Below, piece by piece: positions 1 through 11,612 of a stretch of 64,000 nt of DNA. The first letter of the stretch is position 1, and each line of letters opens with the position of its first letter. The notes below the pieces were generated by a model. It saw only the letters and a program-made list of their open reading frames with translations, searched no databases and was not told the DNA's origin. Source of the DNA: Campylobacterales bacterium (GTDB lineage: Bacteria > Campylobacterota > Campylobacteria > Campylobacterales > Sulfurimonadaceae). The translations under genes and the position numbers were made by a program. The stretch spans positions 22,484 through 86,483 of the forward strand of contig JBBRBK010000004.1 of NCBI GenBank assembly GCA_038205935.1, read 5' to 3'.

Positions 1-720
1 CATTGTTTTTTTCGCGTATGTGACAGGAATACGGCGTTCACCCAGTTCGACATAAATGATAACACCGATAGTTCCAAGTATAAGAGCAAGTACTGCAAGA
101 AGAGTAAAGAAGTTCATCTCACCTGTATTGATCATTGTAAACGTATGCCCGATTGCAGTTGGTATAGATGAAACAATACCAGCGAAGATAATCAAAGAGA
201 TACCGTTTCCGATTCCACCTTGTGTTATTTGCTCTCCAATCCACATAAGCAACATTGTTCCAGCAAGCATTGAAACTGCAGACAATAAAATAAAAGTATT
301 GTGATCTATCAAGATAGCACTGTTACCTGTTGGTCCTGTCATACTTTGTAAACCGATACTTACACCAATAGCCTGAACAACTGTTATTACGATAGTCGCA
401 TAACGAATAATCTGCATATATTTCACCATACCATCACGCTCTTTTTTCATTTGAGCGAGAGCAGGAAAAGTAGCCGCTAAAAGCTCCATAATAATCGAAG
501 CAGTAATATAAGGCATAATTCCAAGTGAGATAATAGACATACGTTGTACAGCGTTACCACTGAACATATTCATAAGTCCTAAAGCGTCATTGTTGTGGGT
601 ATTGAAGAAAGAAGCGATGACAGAAGCATCAACACCGGGAACTGGCACATATGCCAGTAAGCGGTAGATGAATAAAAAACCAACCGTAATAAGTATCTTA
701 TTTACGAGATTTTTGTTCAC
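1..720 (-). CDS. secY: Preprotein translocase subunit SecY, 5' part (runs off the window edge)
   Basis: GTG start at 720 reads MNKNLVNKILIT... with SLGIMPYITASIIMELL and GIGNGISLIIFAGIVS motifs. Directly follows rplO. Confidence 0.97.
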   Translation of the reverse strand, partial: MNKNLVNKILITVGFLFIYRLLAYVPVPGVDASVIASFFNTHNNDALGLMNMFSGNAVQRMSIISLGIMPYITASIIMELLAATFPALAQMKKERDGMVKYMQIIRYATIVITVVQAIGVSIGLQSMTGPTGNSAILIDHNTFILLSAVSMLAGTMLLMWIGEQITQGGIGNGISLIIFAGIVSSIPTAIGHTFTMINTGEMNFFTLLAVLALILGTIGVIIYVELGERRIPVTYAKKTM

Positions 721-722
721 AA

Positions 723-1121
723 TTATTTACCTGTAGTTAAAACGTTTTCGTCTTTGATTTTAGATGCTAAATCTTTAGCAGTTGAACCAACAAGTTTCAC
801 TCTAACAACAGATTTTCCAAGTTTATGTACAGAACGGATAGTTTCCATAGTGATTTCTGCAAGCTCAGCAACAGCTGTAATACGCTCAACATTGATTACG
901 TATGGTTTATTGTTTTTTACAGTAAACCCGACTTTTGGTAAACGGCGAGCTAAAGGTTGTTGTCCACCCTCGAAGTTACGTTTTGCATTGTAACCTGAAC
1001 GAGCTTTTTGACCTTTATGACCTTTTCCAGAAGTTTTACCAGTACCACTTGCGTGGCCACGGCCGATTCTTTTTCTATTCGAAGTAGAACCTTCAGCAGG
1101 AGTTAAATTTTCTAATGCCAT
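723..1121 (-). CDS. rplO: 50S ribosomal protein L15
   Basis: [22 protein letters not shown] and FEGGQQPL motifs; spc operon position. Confidence 0.98.
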   Translation of the reverse strand: MALENLTPAEGSTSNRKRIGRGHASGTGKTSGKGHKGQKARSGYNAKRNFEGGQQPLARRLPKVGFTVKNNKPYVINVERITAVAELAEITMETIRSVHKLGKSVVRVKLVGSTAKDLASKIKDENVLTTGK

Positions 1122-1124
1122 ACC

Positions 1125-1568
1125 TTATCCTTTTATTTTTGATAGAGCTTCGATTGTAGCACGTACCAAAGTATTTGGATTGTTAGAACCGATTGATTTA
1201 GTAAGCACATCTTTGATACCTGCTAGCTCAAGAACTGGACGCGCAGCTCCACCGGCGATAACACCCGTACCTTCTGAAGCAGGCTTCAAAAGAACACGGC
1301 TTGCGTTATATTTGTGCTCTATATCGTGAGCGATTGTTGTACCTTTAATCTTAACAGTAGTTAAGTTTTTAAATGCATTATCAACTGCTTTACGAATAGC
1401 ATCTGGTACCTCTTTAGCTTTACCAACACCATAACCGACAGTACCATTCTTGTTACCGACAACTATAAGTGCAGTAAAACGAAAACGTCTACCACCTTTT
1501 ACAACTTTGGTCACACGACCAATATTTACGATTGATTCTTCAAAATCTTCTCTATTGATTTGCATCAT
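1125..1568 (-). CDS. rpsE: 30S ribosomal protein S5
   Basis: [14 protein letters not shown] motif. Confidence 0.98.
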   Translation of the reverse strand: MMQINREDFEESIVNIGRVTKVVKGGRRFRFTALIVVGNKNGTVGYGVGKAKEVPDAIRKAVDNAFKNLTTVKIKGTTIAHDIEHKYNASRVLLKPASEGTGVIAGGAARPVLELAGIKDVLTKSIGSNNPNTLVRATIEALSKIKG

Positions 1569-1573
1569 GACCC

Positions 1574-1930
1574 CTAGAACTTAATTTCGTTTGCACGAAG
1601 AGCTTCACCAAACGCAGCGATAACACCATGATATTGGTAACCATTACGATCGAAAACGATTGCAGTTATACCAGCAGCTTTTAATGTTGCAGCGAATGCA
1701 GCACCTAATGCAGCAGCACCGTCTTTGTTTGCACGAAGACCATTTGCTTTTGAATGGATAGCCGCTAATGTTACTGAAGCAGTATCATCAATCGCCTGTG
1801 CACTCAAATATCTGTTTGAACGGAATACAGAAACACGAGGAAGTGTAGCACAACCAGAAATTTTTGAACGAATACTACGCTTACGTTTAATACGCTTAGC
1901 TAGTTTTTGTTTCATTACTTTAACATTCAT
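1574..1930 (-). CDS. rplR: 50S ribosomal protein L18
   Basis: PRVSVFRSN and [11 protein letters not shown] motifs. Confidence 0.97.
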   Translation of the reverse strand: MNVKVMKQKLAKRIKRKRSIRSKISGCATLPRVSVFRSNRYLSAQAIDDTASVTLAAIHSKANGLRANKDGAAALGAAFAATLKAAGITAIVFDRNGYQYHGVIAAFGEALRANEIKF

Positions 1931-1944
1931 TTAACTACCTCCCC

Positions 1945-2481
1945 TTATTTCTTAGATGTTTTACCGGCTTTACGCACGATAACTTCACCAACATATTTAA
2001 CACCTTTACCCTTGTAAGGCTCTGGTGGACGGAATGCGCGGATCTCAGCACAAATTTGACCAATTTCTTGTTTGTTGATACCTTTAACAGTAACAACATT
2101 TTTCTCTACAACAACTTCAACGCCAGCAGGAATTGGAAAGTTAATATCATGAGAAAAACCAAGTTGAAGATTAAGAATACTGCCATTTACTGCAGCACGG
2201 TAACCAACACCGTTAATCTCTAATTGCTTCATATATCCAGTTGTTAAACCAACTACAATATTTGCAGCAAGAGCACGGTAAGTTCCCCAAAATGCGCGAT
2301 CTGCACGAGCATCAGATTTTGTACTAAAAGTTAAAGTGTTATCTTCAAGAGCGATACCAACATTTCCTTTAGTATCTAAATCAACACTGTTTGAACCTTT
2401 TACAAAAGTAATGATAGAACCATCAACTGTAACTTTAATATCTGAAGTAACTACTACAGGAAGTTTTCCAATACGACTCAT
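1945..2481 (-). CDS. rplF: 50S ribosomal protein L6
   Basis: MSRIGK and RPPEPYKGKGVKY motifs. Confidence 0.98.
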   Translation of the reverse strand: MSRIGKLPVVVTSDIKVTVDGSIITFVKGSNSVDLDTKGNVGIALEDNTLTFSTKSDARADRAFWGTYRALAANIVVGLTTGYMKQLEINGVGYRAAVNGSILNLQLGFSHDINFPIPAGVEVVVEKNVVTVKGINKQEIGQICAEIRAFRPPEPYKGKGVKYVGEVIVRKAGKTSKK

Positions 2482-2491
2482 CTTCTACCCC

Positions 2492-2887
2492 CTACCATAC
2501 TGTACAAAGAACTTCGCCGCCAACGTTAAGCTCGTGTGCTTTATCGTTAGTGATTACGCCCTTTGATGTACTTACTATGATTGTTCCATAACCATTTTTG
2601 AAACGTTTGATCTCAGATGCCTGCTTATAAACACGGCGACCTGGTTTAGATATACGTTTCAATTCATTGATTACAGTTTTACCATTTTCATCATACTTTA
2701 ATACAACATTGATAGTTTTTTTAATGCCGTCTTCAACAACATTACAACTTTCAATATAACCTTTTTCTACTAATATGTTTGCTATTGCTTCAACTGATTT
2801 GTTGTGAACTAAAGTAGTCACATCTAGTCTACGCATAGCAGCATTACGAACGCGTGTTAACGCATCTGCAATTAAATCATTAATCAT
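2492..2887 (-). CDS. rpsH: 30S ribosomal protein S8
   Basis: [22 protein letters not shown] and GGEVLCTVW motifs. Confidence 0.98.
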   Translation of the reverse strand: MINDLIADALTRVRNAAMRRLDVTTLVHNKSVEAIANILVEKGYIESCNVVEDGIKKTINVVLKYDENGKTVINELKRISKPGRRVYKQASEIKRFKNGYGTIIVSTSKGVITNDKAHELNVGGEVLCTVW

Positions 2888-3076
2888 TTATTGTCCTTGT
2901 TGCTATTAAGCAGTTAAGAGTTTCATTTTGATAGGTAAAAAGAACGAGTCCTTTTCACTACGCTAACGCTTTGTTTCCTTCAACAGGAGGCTCGCGCACT
3001 AGTGCGCTTGGAACTTCGCTTACGCTAGTTCCATTTTTCCTCTTACATGTAAGGACATTTTGTTAGCGTATTTTTT
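2888..3076. repeat. Structured 189-bp spacer with short palindromes and ACTWCGCTWACGCT repeats
   Basis: GCGCACTAGTGCGC at 2994-3007; GGAACT...AGTTCC stem at 3010-3032; CACTACGCTAACGCT at 2956-2970; ACTTCGCTTACGCT at 3013-3026; CTTACATGTAAG at 3042-3053. Confidence 0.55.
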
Positions 3077-3262
3077 CTACCAAGAAGACTTTCTAACGCC
3101 TGGGATTAACCCTTCATTTGCCATTTTTCTAAAGCAGATGCGACAGATACCAAAATCACGTAGTACAGAGTGTGGACGACCACAGATCTGACAACGTGTA
3201 TAACCACGAACTTTGAATTTAGGAGTTCTATTCGCTTTCGCGATCATTGACTTCTTAGCCAT
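3077..3262 (-). CDS. rpsN: 30S ribosomal protein S14, short zinc-binding (type Z) form
   Basis: 61 aa; CQICGR...CRIC zinc ligands. Confidence 0.97.
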   Translation of the reverse strand: MAKKSMIAKANRTPKFKVRGYTRCQICGRPHSVLRDFGICRICFRKMANEGLIPGVRKSSW

Positions 3263-3807
3263 TATTCTCTTCCTTTTGCAAACGGCATACCCATTTTTTC
3301 GAGTAATGCAAACGCTTGTTTATCGTCTGAACCAGTAGTTACGATAGTAATATTCATACCGTGGATTTGCATAATTGAATCATAATCAACTTCTGGGAAG
3401 ATTAATTGTTCTTGCAAACCAAAGTTGTAGTTACCACGACCATCAAAACCGTTACGAGCAACACCACGGAAATCTTTAACACGTGGAAGTGCTACAGAGA
3501 TCAAACGGTCAAGGAAGTTGTACATGTTTTCGCCACGTAAAGTAACTTTAACACCTACAGGCATACCTTCACGTACTTTAAAACCTGCAACAGATTTCTT
3601 AGCGATAACAGTAGTAGCACGTTGTCCTGCGATTGCAGTAATTGTGTCTTCTATGTTTTGGATAAGTTTGTTATCTTTCATAGCAAAACCAGCACCAACA
3701 CTAATCATGATCTTATCAACAGCAGGAACATCCATGATGTTTGCTATTGCAAGCTCTTTTTGTAGTTCAGGTTTCATTGCAAGAAATTTTTCTTTTAAAC
3801 GTGCCAT
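3262..3807 (-). CDS. rplE: 50S ribosomal protein L5
   Basis: LPRVKDFRG and FDGRGNY motifs. Confidence 0.98.
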   Translation of the reverse strand: MARLKEKFLAMKPELQKELAIANIMDVPAVDKIMISVGAGFAMKDNKLIQNIEDTITAIAGQRATTVIAKKSVAGFKVREGMPVGVKVTLRGENMYNFLDRLISVALPRVKDFRGVARNGFDGRGNYNFGLQEQLIFPEVDYDSIMQIHGMNITIVTTGSDDKQAFALLEKMGMPFAKGRE

Positions 3808-3810
3808 GAA

Positions 3811-4041
3811 TTATGCCTCCACTTTACGTACATTTGAAGCATCAATTGGCATCTCTTTATTAATAAAGCCGCCTTTTGGATTCTCTTCAGTTGGTTTAAC
3901 AGTTTTCTTAGCTATTTTACAACCCTGTACTATTACTTTGTTTTTCTTTGGCATTACTACTAGAACTTCTGCCTTAGTGCCTTTATCGTCACCAGCCATA
4001 ATCTCTACAGTATCACCTTTTTTGAAATTAAATTTTGCCAT
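3811..4041 (-). CDS. rplX: 50S ribosomal protein L24
   Basis: KKGDTVEIMAGDDKG KOW motif. Confidence 0.97.
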   Translation of the reverse strand: MAKFNFKKGDTVEIMAGDDKGTKAEVLVVMPKKNKVIVQGCKIAKKTVKPTEENPKGGFINKEMPIDASNVRKVEA

Positions 4042-4409
4042 TATACAACCTCCGGCGCAAGAGATACGATTTTCATGAAACCTGAATAACGAACTTCACG
4101 GCTTACTGGTCCAAATATACGAGTACCAATTGGCTCACGTTTTGAATCCAAGATTACAGCTGCATTGTCATCGAAACGAATCAATGAACCGTTTTCACGT
4201 TGTACCTCTTTTTTAGTTCTAACAACTACTGCTTTAACAACTGCGCCTTTTTTGACTTTTGCAGTTGGTATAGCTTTTTTTACTGAAGCAACGATCACAT
4301 CACCAACAGTAGCATAGCGTTTTCTAGATCCGCCAAGTACTTTGATACACATGATCTCTTTTGCACCAGTATTATCCGCAACGTTTAGGCGAGTGAAACT
4401 TTGAATCAT
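4041..4409 (-). CDS. rplN: 50S ribosomal protein L14
   Basis: VADNTGAK and GTRIFGPV motifs. Confidence 0.98.
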   Translation of the reverse strand: MIQSFTRLNVADNTGAKEIMCIKVLGGSRKRYATVGDVIVASVKKAIPTAKVKKGAVVKAVVVRTKKEVQRENGSLIRFDDNAAVILDSKREPIGTRIFGPVSREVRYSGFMKIVSLAPEVV

Positions 4410-4660
4410 GCTTCTGCTCCTACTAATACAATGCTTTTTAATCTATAAGATTTAGTTTTAGATAAAGGACGACATTCAGCAGCAACGATCTCGTCACCCA
4501 CTTTTAGTTCGTTACGCTCATCATGTACAAGGTACTTTTTGAAACGTTTCACAACTTTATGGTAACGAGGGTGCATTACACGACGCTCTACCAAAATTGA
4601 TACTGTTTTATCACCAGATATTTTAATTACACTGCCTTGAATTTCACGTTTATGTGTCAT
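4406..4660 (-). CDS. rpsQ: 30S ribosomal protein S17
   Basis: [10 protein letters not shown] and ECRPLSKTK motifs; ATG at 4660 preferred. Confidence 0.97.
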   Translation of the reverse strand: MTHKREIQGSVIKISGDKTVSILVERRVMHPRYHKVVKRFKKYLVHDERNELKVGDEIVAAECRPLSKTKSYRLKSIVLVGAEA

Positions 4661-4669
4661 TACCAACCC

Positions 4670-4855
4670 TTACTTCATTGCGCTAAGCGCAGTGTTGATA
4701 CGTGCAATATCTTTTTTAGCGATACGTAGTTCGCTATTATTTGTTAATTGCATCATTTTTTGTTTTATTTTTAAAGTAAACAGCTCAGTTTTTTTAACTT
4801 TTAGCATTGCTAGAAGCTCAGCTGCACTTTTTCCTGCTAAATCAGAATATTTCAT
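4670..4855 (-). CDS. rpmC: 50S ribosomal protein L29
   Basis: KKDIARINT motif; lies between rplP and rpsQ. Confidence 0.95.
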   Translation of the reverse strand: MKYSDLAGKSAAELLAMLKVKKTELFTLKIKQKMMQLTNNSELRIAKKDIARINTALSAMK

Positions 4856-5267
4856 TGCTCATCTCCGCAGTTATTATTTTAGTTTTAAATGGTAGCTTGT
4901 GCATTGCAAGAGTTAGCGCTTCACGTGCTATATCATGTGGTACACCACCCATTTCAAATATGATACGACCTGGTTTAATATTCATAACCCATTGATCAAC
5001 AGCACCCTTACCTTTACCCATACGAGTTTCAAGAGGTTTTGCAGTTAACGGTTTGGCAGGGAATACTCTGATCCAAATTTTACCATTACGTTTAATATGA
5101 CGAGTTGCAGAAATACGAGCTGATTCTATTTGACGTGAATTGATACGTCCAGCTTCAACAGCCTTAAATGCAATAGTTCCAAAAGTCAGTGTATATCCAC
5201 TACGAGCGTAACCACGGTTACGACCCTTCATCATTTTACGGTATTTAGTTCTCTTAGGCAATAACAT
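4842..5267 (-). CDS. rplP: 50S ribosomal protein L16
   Basis: PKRTKYRK and RMGKGKG motifs. Confidence 0.98.
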   Translation of the reverse strand: MLLPKRTKYRKMMKGRNRGYARSGYTLTFGTIAFKAVEAGRINSRQIESARISATRHIKRNGKIWIRVFPAKPLTAKPLETRMGKGKGAVDQWVMNIKPGRIIFEMGGVPHDIAREALTLAMHKLPFKTKIITAEMSNEIF

Positions 5268-5269
5268 AA

Positions 5270-5992
5270 CTATTCAGCCTTTCCGCTATTTTCGCGTCTT
5301 GGAGCACGTTTAACTGGGCGACGTGACTCTTGTTTTTCTTCTTTTACTTCAGCAGGAATACCTTTTGTAAGTACTTCACCTTTGAATATCCAAACTTTAA
5401 CACCAATACAACCATAAGTTGTGTGTGCTTCAGCAAAACCGTAATCTATTTTTGCACGTAGAGTATGAAGTGGAACACGTCCCTCTAAATACCACTCAGT
5501 ACGTGCCATTTCAGCACCACCAAGACGACCAGAAACAGATACTTTAATACCTTTTGCACCAGAACGTTGTGCACCCTGCATAACTTTTTTCATCGCACGG
5601 CGGAAAGCAACACGACGCTCAAGTTGAGTAGCAACATTTTCTGCAACAAGTTGAGCAGAAGCCTGAGCTTTTTTCTCTTCTTTGATGTTTACAGAAACTG
5701 GTTTACCAATCAATTTTTCAAGAGTAGATTTCAATTTCTCGATATCTGAACCTTTTTTACCGATGATAATACCAGGACGAGCAGCGATAATAGTTACACG
5801 TAAACGTTTAACAGTACGCTCAATAATGATGTTAGAAACACCAGAATAGTAAAGCTCTTTTTTCAAATATGTACGGATTTTATGATCTTCACCAATGTTA
5901 TCCGCAGCAGTTTTGAAATTAGGAAACCAACGGCTTTCCCAGTTACGGTTGATACCAAGGCGAAGGCCAATAGGATTAACTTTTTGTCCCAT
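5270..5992 (-). CDS. rpsC: 30S ribosomal protein S3
   Basis: [13 protein letters not shown] and [10 protein letters not shown] motifs. Confidence 0.98.
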   Translation of the reverse strand: MGQKVNPIGLRLGINRNWESRWFPNFKTAADNIGEDHKIRTYLKKELYYSGVSNIIIERTVKRLRVTIIAARPGIIIGKKGSDIEKLKSTLEKLIGKPVSVNIKEEKKAQASAQLVAENVATQLERRVAFRRAMKKVMQGAQRSGAKGIKVSVSGRLGGAEMARTEWYLEGRVPLHTLRAKIDYGFAEAHTTYGCIGVKVWIFKGEVLTKGIPAEVKEEKQESRRPVKRAPRRENSGKAE

Positions 5993-5994
5993 AA

Positions 5995-6312
5995 TTATTT
6001 ACCCTCTACTTCTACTAAAATATGTGCTGTTGGTTTACGAATACCAGACGCCATACCACGAGCACGTGGACGGAAACGTTTAAGTACCGGACCATTATCA
6101 ACACGGCAAGATTTAATAACACAATCTGCTGCTTCGATACCACTGTTAGCTACTGCAGATGCAACAACTTTAGCAATGATTTTTGCTGCTTTGTTTGGAG
6201 TGAATTCTAAAGCTGCAAGTGCAAGCTCAGCATTCATACCTTGAATTTCACGAGCAACAAGACGTGATTTGATAGGTGAAACACGGATAAATTTTAATAA
6301 TGCTCTAGCCAT
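5995..6312 (-). CDS. rplV: 50S ribosomal protein L22
   Basis: [10 protein letters not shown] motif. Confidence 0.98.
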   Translation of the reverse strand: MARALLKFIRVSPIKSRLVAREIQGMNAELALAALEFTPNKAAKIIAKVVASAVANSGIEAADCVIKSCRVDNGPVLKRFRPRARGMASGIRKPTAHILVEVEGK

Positions 6313-6314
6313 AA

Positions 6315-6593
6315 TTAACCTACCTTTTTCTGTACAGAACCTTTATGGCCCTTGAACGTACGAGTTGGAGCGAATTCTCCAAGTTTATAACCAATATGGT
6401 TTTCAGAGACAAATACTGGTACGAATTGACGTCCGTTGTGAACATTGAATGTCAAACCAACCATCTCTGGAAGAACCATACTACGACGTGACCAAGTTTT
6501 GATAGGTTTGTTGTCTTTTGCAGCTTTTGCAGCGACAACTTTCTTCATCAAATGATCATCAACAAATGGACCTTTTTTTACACTTCTTGCCAT
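6315..6593 (-). CDS. rpsS: 30S ribosomal protein S19
   Basis: RSVKKGPF and KLGEFAPTR motifs. Confidence 0.98.
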   Translation of the reverse strand: MARSVKKGPFVDDHLMKKVVAAKAAKDNKPIKTWSRRSMVLPEMVGLTFNVHNGRQFVPVFVSENHIGYKLGEFAPTRTFKGHKGSVQKKVG

Positions 6594-6597
6594 TTAA

Positions 6598-7437
6598 CTA
6601 CCTCTTCGGATTAGATTTACGGCGAGTAATAATAAGTTTATCACTAGCTTTTTTACGACGAGTTTTAGCACCCTTCGTTGGTTTACCCCACGGAGTAACC
6701 GGATGACGTCCTGAATTCGTTTTACCTTCACCACCACCATGCGGGTGATCGACAGGGTTCATCGCAGAACCACGAGTTTGAGGACGGATACCCATATGAC
6801 GAGAACGACCAGCTTTCGCTATAACAATATTAATATATTCTTCGTTACCGACAACACCAACAGTAGCATAACACTCACCTAAAACTAAACGCATTTCAGA
6901 AGATGGCATACGAAGAGAAACATATTTCCCATCACGTCCCATAATTTGTGCACTTGTTCCAGCTGAACGAACCATTTGACCACCTTTACCAGGCTTTAGT
7001 TCGATATTGTGTACAGTTGTACCAACCGGGATACTCATTAGTTTCATTGCATTACCAACTTTAACGTCAAGACCAGATTCAGCAGATGAAATAACATCTC
7101 CTACATTAAGACCTTTTGGTTGAAGAATATAACGTTTTTCACCATCAGCATAGTTGATTAGAGCAATACGACAGTTACGGTACGGATCATACTCGATAGC
7201 TGCTACTGTTCCAGGTACATTTAACTTATCACGTTTAAAATCAATTATACGGTATAGTTTTTTTGCACCCGCTTGTTTATGACGAGAAGTGATACGACCA
7301 TTGTTATTACGTCCAGCATGTGCAGGAAGTTTGATAAGCAATGAACGAACACTAGCTTTCGCAGTGATATCACCATTGTCAACATTTGTATAAAAACGAC
7401 GGCTTGGTGTTACTGGTTTATAAGTTTTAATAGCCAT
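6598..7437 (-). CDS. rplB: 50S ribosomal protein L2
   Basis: IEYDPYR and [13 protein letters not shown] motifs. Confidence 0.99.
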   Translation of the reverse strand: MAIKTYKPVTPSRRFYTNVDNGDITAKASVRSLLIKLPAHAGRNNNGRITSRHKQAGAKKLYRIIDFKRDKLNVPGTVAAIEYDPYRNCRIALINYADGEKRYILQPKGLNVGDVISSAESGLDVKVGNAMKLMSIPVGTTVHNIELKPGKGGQMVRSAGTSAQIMGRDGKYVSLRMPSSEMRLVLGECYATVGVVGNEEYINIVIAKAGRSRHMGIRPQTRGSAMNPVDHPHGGGEGKTNSGRHPVTPWGKPTKGAKTRRKKASDKLIITRRKSNPKR

Positions 7438-7438
7438 C

Positions 7439-7720
7439 TTATACCGCCAAACTTTCTATTTGTGCACCCTCTGGTAGAGTAACATAGAACTTTTTGAAGT
7501 TGTTTTGTTTACCAGCGATACCACGGAAACGTTTTACTTTTCCCGCTTGGTTTAATGAGTTTATACGAGTTGGAACAATTCCAAAATACTCTCTAAACAC
7601 CTCTTTAAGACCTGTTTTAGTCATACGAGGAGATGTTTGTACAACGATTACACCATCTTCTTGAAGACCAAGAGTCTTTTCTGTATATATAATAGATTTG
7701 ATATCTGTAATATCTGCCAT
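7439..7720 (-). CDS. rplW: 50S ribosomal protein L23
   Basis: TEKT and KKFYVTL motifs; operon position. Confidence 0.96.
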   Translation of the reverse strand: MADITDIKSIIYTEKTLGLQEDGVIVVQTSPRMTKTGLKEVFREYFGIVPTRINSLNQAGKVKRFRGIAGKQNNFKKFYVTLPEGAQIESLAV

Positions 7721-8334
7721 TATTCAGCCTCTCTTACAAGATTTTCCCAAACCGCTTTTTCGATCACTACTGAACGATAAGTCGCAGCTAAGAATGCGTT
7801 TAACTCATTTTCTTCAACTACATAAGCAGCTTGAACGTTACGGAATGCTAAGAATGTTTGTTCATCTAAAATAGATTTTACAAACAATGCATCACGTTGA
7901 CCAAGAGCATTAAATATTGCCATTGCGTCTTTTGTTTTACCAGAAGCAACTTCAAGAGTATCTATAATAAATAGTTTCCCGTTGTTAGCTAACTCGTCTA
8001 AAGCAAATTTAAGAGCAAGTTTCTTTTGCTTTTTGTTGATTTTAAGATCATAGTTACGGTTGTTTTTTGGACCGAAAGCTTGACCACCACCAACAAATAG
8101 TGGTGAACGACGTGAACCAGCACGTGCTCCACCTTTACCTTTTTGAGCCCATGGTTTTTTACCACCACCGCTTACTTCTGCACGAGTCTTAGCTACAGCT
8201 GTGTTTGCACGCAAACCAGCTTGGTAAGATTTTACGTATAGGTATAAGTTGTGTGAGTGAATCCCACTAAAGCTTGCTGGTAATGCTAACTCAGATGCTT
8301 TTTCAAATTTTTCATTAAGTACTATAGCGCTCAT
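7720..8334 (-). CDS. rplD: 50S ribosomal protein L4
   Basis: [20 protein letters not shown] motif. Confidence 0.98.
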   Translation of the reverse strand: MSAIVLNEKFEKASELALPASFSGIHSHNLYLYVKSYQAGLRANTAVAKTRAEVSGGGKKPWAQKGKGGARAGSRRSPLFVGGGQAFGPKNNRNYDLKINKKQKKLALKFALDELANNGKLFIIDTLEVASGKTKDAMAIFNALGQRDALFVKSILDEQTFLAFRNVQAAYVVEENELNAFLAATYRSVVIEKAVWENLVREAE

Positions 8335-8909
8335 TATTTAGTAACCTTTACACGACCTAATGCACCGTTAGCACCTGGAATTGATCCAGCAACAACTAGT
8401 ACACCGTTTTCAGCGTCATAAGAGATAATTTCATTTTTAACAGTAATTTTTGTATTACCATATTGACCTGGCATTTTCTTACCTGGTTGTACACGACCTG
8501 GCCACTCAGCATTACCGATTGAACCAACTAGTCTGTGAAAACGTGAACCGTGACCACCAGGACCACCAGCAAAATTCCAACGTTTCATAGCACCAGTAAA
8601 ACCGCGACCTTTTGTATTAAAAGATGATTTTACAACTTTAGCTGATTCAAGTGGACTCATATCTAAGTCACCAGCTTCAGCGTTTGCAACGCTCATTGTT
8701 ACAAAACGATTGAATTCAGCAGATAAAGAATATTTCTTTTGTTGCCCTTCTACCGCTTTATTCATTTTTTTGCCATTGTTATAAGCAACAATTGCAACCC
8801 CATTATTAACTTCACATACCTTAGCTTCTTTTACTTTTAATAAAGTAACAGGCTTACTTGGTACAGTGATAGTACGGCTCATACCGATTTTTTCAACAAT
8901 ATATTCCAT
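8334..8909 (-). CDS. rplC: 50S ribosomal protein L3
   Basis: [14 protein letters not shown] and GKKMPG motifs. Confidence 0.98.
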   Translation of the reverse strand: MEYIVEKIGMSRTITVPSKPVTLLKVKEAKVCEVNNGVAIVAYNNGKKMNKAVEGQQKKYSLSAEFNRFVTMSVANAEAGDLDMSPLESAKVVKSSFNTKGRGFTGAMKRWNFAGGPGGHGSRFHRLVGSIGNAEWPGRVQPGKKMPGQYGNTKITVKNEIISYDAENGVLVVAGSIPGANGALGRVKVTK

Positions 8910-8918
8910 AACCTATCC

Positions 8919-9230
8919 TTACTTGTCCATAGAGCGTACTTCTACGTCTACTTCCGGTGCTAGATCAAGTTTCATGAGAGAGTCAACAGTTTCTGGCGTA
9001 GCAGAAACGATATCGATCAAACGTGCATGCATACGGATCTCAAATTGTTCACGAGAATCTTTATTGATGTGAACAGATTTTAAAACTGTATATTTACGAA
9101 TCTTTGTTGGCAAAGGAATCGGTCCACGAATATGTGCACCAGTACGCTTTACAGCCTCTACGATTGACGCTACAGAACGATCGAGTACACGATGGTCATA
9201 AGCTTTCAATTTTAAACGAATTTTTTCCAT
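8919..9230 (-). CDS. rpsJ: 30S ribosomal protein S10
   Basis: [10 protein letters not shown] and GPIPLPT motifs. Confidence 0.99.
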   Translation of the reverse strand: MEKIRLKLKAYDHRVLDRSVASIVEAVKRTGAHIRGPIPLPTKIRKYTVLKSVHINKDSREQFEIRMHARLIDIVSATPETVDSLMKLDLAPEVDVEVRSMDK

Positions 9231-9285
9231 GTTTTTCCTTCTAAAGAACTCGTCAGGTCAAGCCTAACTATATTAAGGGAACGGA

Positions 9286-9295
9286 ATTATAGCCA
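9286..9295 (-). promoter_or_regulatory. Probable sigma70 -10 box of the S10 operon
   Basis: Minus strand reads tggcTATAAT about 55 nt upstream of the rpsJ ATG. Confidence 0.6.
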
Positions 9296-9406
9296 AGTAG
9301 CTTCTAATATTCAAGGTTTTAGGGGATAAAAATTGATTTATTATAAAATTTATTTCCTTTTAAAAAGGAAGTGATATAATTTTGAAATCTAAAAAATTGG
9401 AATTTT

Positions 9407-10471
9407 ATGGAAATCCTACTCGATGAGCTTTATAAAATCGATCTTACATGTAACCATTATGTTGAGCGAAAACTCCAGCTTGATGAAAAAAGTTATCAAA
9501 TTAGCGGTATAGCGCAAAGTGGAAAGACAGAACTTGTGAAAGCATATTTGCTTACATGTAAGAAAAACAGTTATCTATATATAGATATTGCAGATGTAAG
9601 AATCGAGATAGATGAGCTCAATCTTTTTCTTCAGGATTTTTGTATAAAAAATAAAATTAGTATTCTAGTTATAGATAACTTCACTCCTGAAGTAAAAATT
9701 GTTAATGTTTCACAACTTATCGTTTGCTCTAGAAAAGATTATGCACTCGATTTTCTCATACCTCAAAAACTCACGCCTCTTGATTTTGAAGAATTTTTGG
9801 CTTATGAAAGCAGATACGATTCCACTGCCATCTCTCATTATCTTCAGCTTGGAGGGTTTGCGGCACTTCAAAGAGTTTCAGCTGATAACCGTGCAAAATA
9901 TATTCAAGAGAAGTTTCGTTATGCTCTTTCGGCTTTAGAGTTTGATATTTTAGTCACCGCAACAAAATCGCTTGGACAAAAACTTTCCGCTTTTAATATT
10001 TATGAAAAGCTCAAACTCAAAAGAAAGATCTCCAAAGATATGCTTTACAAAACTTTTGAATCAATGATTACTGATGGCTATCTTTTTCAGCTCTCAAAAG
10101 TGGGCTATCCAAATGCTACAAAAAAAATCTACCTCTGCGATATCATTTTTAAAAGTACACTAACAATACAAAAAAACTTTGCCAGAGTTTTTGAAAACAT
10201 TGTTTTTTTAGAAATCCTAAAAAATGAAACAGAATTTTTCTATGAAGAGGGAATTGAGTTTTATATTCCTGATAATAGTGAGATCATTTTATGTATGCCC
10301 TTTGCGGAGGAGAGGATGCTATTTAAAAAGCTCGAATCCATAGAAGCATTCATCTTTTCAAATCAGATTCAAAAGATCACTTGTGTAACGATGAGTAAAG
10401 AGGGAGAGATCAGTCATCCGATAAGTAAAGTAGAGATGCTTCCATTTTCACAGTGGGCATTAAGTGACTAA
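9407..10471 (+). CDS. ATP-binding protein, AAA/DUF4143-like
   Basis: Walker A GIAQSGKT; YLQLGGF, KKIYLCD and FENIVFLE motifs. Confidence 0.75.
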   Translation: MEILLDELYKIDLTCNHYVERKLQLDEKSYQISGIAQSGKTELVKAYLLTCKKNSYLYIDIADVRIEIDELNLFLQDFCIKNKISILVIDNFTPEVKIVNVSQLIVCSRKDYALDFLIPQKLTPLDFEEFLAYESRYDSTAISHYLQLGGFAALQRVSADNRAKYIQEKFRYALSALEFDILVTATKSLGQKLSAFNIYEKLKLKRKISKDMLYKTFESMITDGYLFQLSKVGYPNATKKIYLCDIIFKSTLTIQKNFARVFENIVFLEILKNETEFFYEEGIEFYIPDNSEIILCMPFAEERMLFKKLESIEAFIFSNQIQKITCVTMSKEGEISHPISKVEMLPFSQWALSD

Positions 10472-11045
10472 AAGCTACAATTTTTTTATGAAAAATAGTA
10501 CTTTATGTGGAATCGATGAAGCAGGACGCGGGCCTTTGGCGGGTGATCTTGTGATGGCTGGATGTATCTTACATGTAAATGTTGATGGTTTAAATGATTC
10601 CAAAAAACTCACGCCAAAAAAACGCGAAGAGCTCTATGAAAAGATCATACTCTCAAGCACTTATCATATAGTAAAATTCAGCGCTTCTCTCATTGATGAG
10701 ATTGGAATATCCAAATGTCTTAAAAGTGGACTCGAAGAGATACTGCAAAATATCAAAGCAACAAACTATCTTTTTGATGGAAATACTAACTTTGGCGTCA
10801 AGGGTTTAGAAACGCTTATCAAAGCCGATGCGACCATTCCTGAAGTCAGTGCAGCGTCCATTCTTGCAAAAGTAGCCCACGACAGAGATATGATGGAGTT
10901 AGACAAACTCTATCCACAGTATAAATTTGCCTCGCATAAAGGATACGGAACCGCCCTACATGTAGAGATGATAAAACTTCATGGTTACAGCCCTGTACAT
11001 AGACGAACCTACAAGATCAAAGCACTCGAAGCAACTCTGTTTTAA
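10464..11045 (+). CDS. rnhB: Ribonuclease HII
   Basis: GIDEAGRGPLAG, DSKKL, SAASILAKV and HKGYGT motifs; true start may be the ATG at 10488. Confidence 0.97.
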   Translation: MTKSYNFFMKNSTLCGIDEAGRGPLAGDLVMAGCILHVNVDGLNDSKKLTPKKREELYEKIILSSTYHIVKFSASLIDEIGISKCLKSGLEEILQNIKATNYLFDGNTNFGVKGLETLIKADATIPEVSAASILAKVAHDRDMMELDKLYPQYKFASHKGYGTALHVEMIKLHGYSPVHRRTYKIKALEATLF

Positions 11046-11075
11046 AAGCTTTACATGTAAGGTATAATCCTTTCT

Positions 11076-11303
11076 ATGAAATCGATAACATATATAGAGC
11101 AGGCGCTCGCGGAATTAGACAAAGAGGTTGAAGCAACGCTTCTAAACATCAAGCTTTCTTTAAAAGAGAAAGACAACGTTATGCTTCCAATGTTGCTACA
11201 AAAAAAAGTTTTGAAACAAACATTAGAAGATTTGACTTATCTTAAAGAACATCCGCCAACTCCAGATCAACCGTGTGGGATCTCCAAATACAGAGAAGAT
11301 TAA
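11076..11303 (+). CDS. Small hypothetical coiled-coil protein
   Basis: 75-aa ORF with TATAAT about 8 nt upstream of the ATG and no SD, so possibly leaderless. Confidence 0.65.
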   Translation: MKSITYIEQALAELDKEVEATLLNIKLSLKEKDNVMLPMLLQKKVLKQTLEDLTYLKEHPPTPDQPCGISKYRED

Positions 11304-11409
11304 ACAATCTTCTCTCTCTTCTTGTTGAATTCTTTTGTAATATAATCAGTATATTTATAGTTTTTTAGAGGGTTTTTTGTATGAAGATTGTGTGTGATTT
11401 TAAAATGAA

Positions 11410-11557
11410 GTACTCCCCTCCAGATACCTGCGGCACATAACAAGACGGAGTGTGCTGCTGTATTCCTACCCTGACACATTACCCCGCAATACCATTGCAC
11501 AGGTCTAAAGGAGAGCGTTCAAAACACAGACTTGTATGTTCTGAGCGCTTTTGAGAG
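11410..11557 (-). ncRNA. ssrS: Probable 6S RNA
   Basis: GC-rich island of about 150 nt with complementary ends (ctctc.../...ggaggggag). Contains GGGTAGGAATACAGCAG...TGTGCCGCA, which I recall from epsilonproteobacterial 6S RNAs. Extended -10 TGcTATACT at 11562-11570. Ends approximate. Confidence 0.75.
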
Positions 11558-11612
11558 TAGAAGTATAGCAAAAAAAATTTAATTTAAAAGAATAATCTGA
11601 TAAAATCTCTGC

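Noticed and set aside
1122..1124. No rpmD (L30) between rpsE and rplO
   Set aside because: Known absence in Campylobacterota such as Helicobacter and Campylobacter, so not novel.
11300..11500. 66-aa minus-strand ORF in the track
   Set aside because: It overlaps the probable 6S RNA and has no protein-like features.
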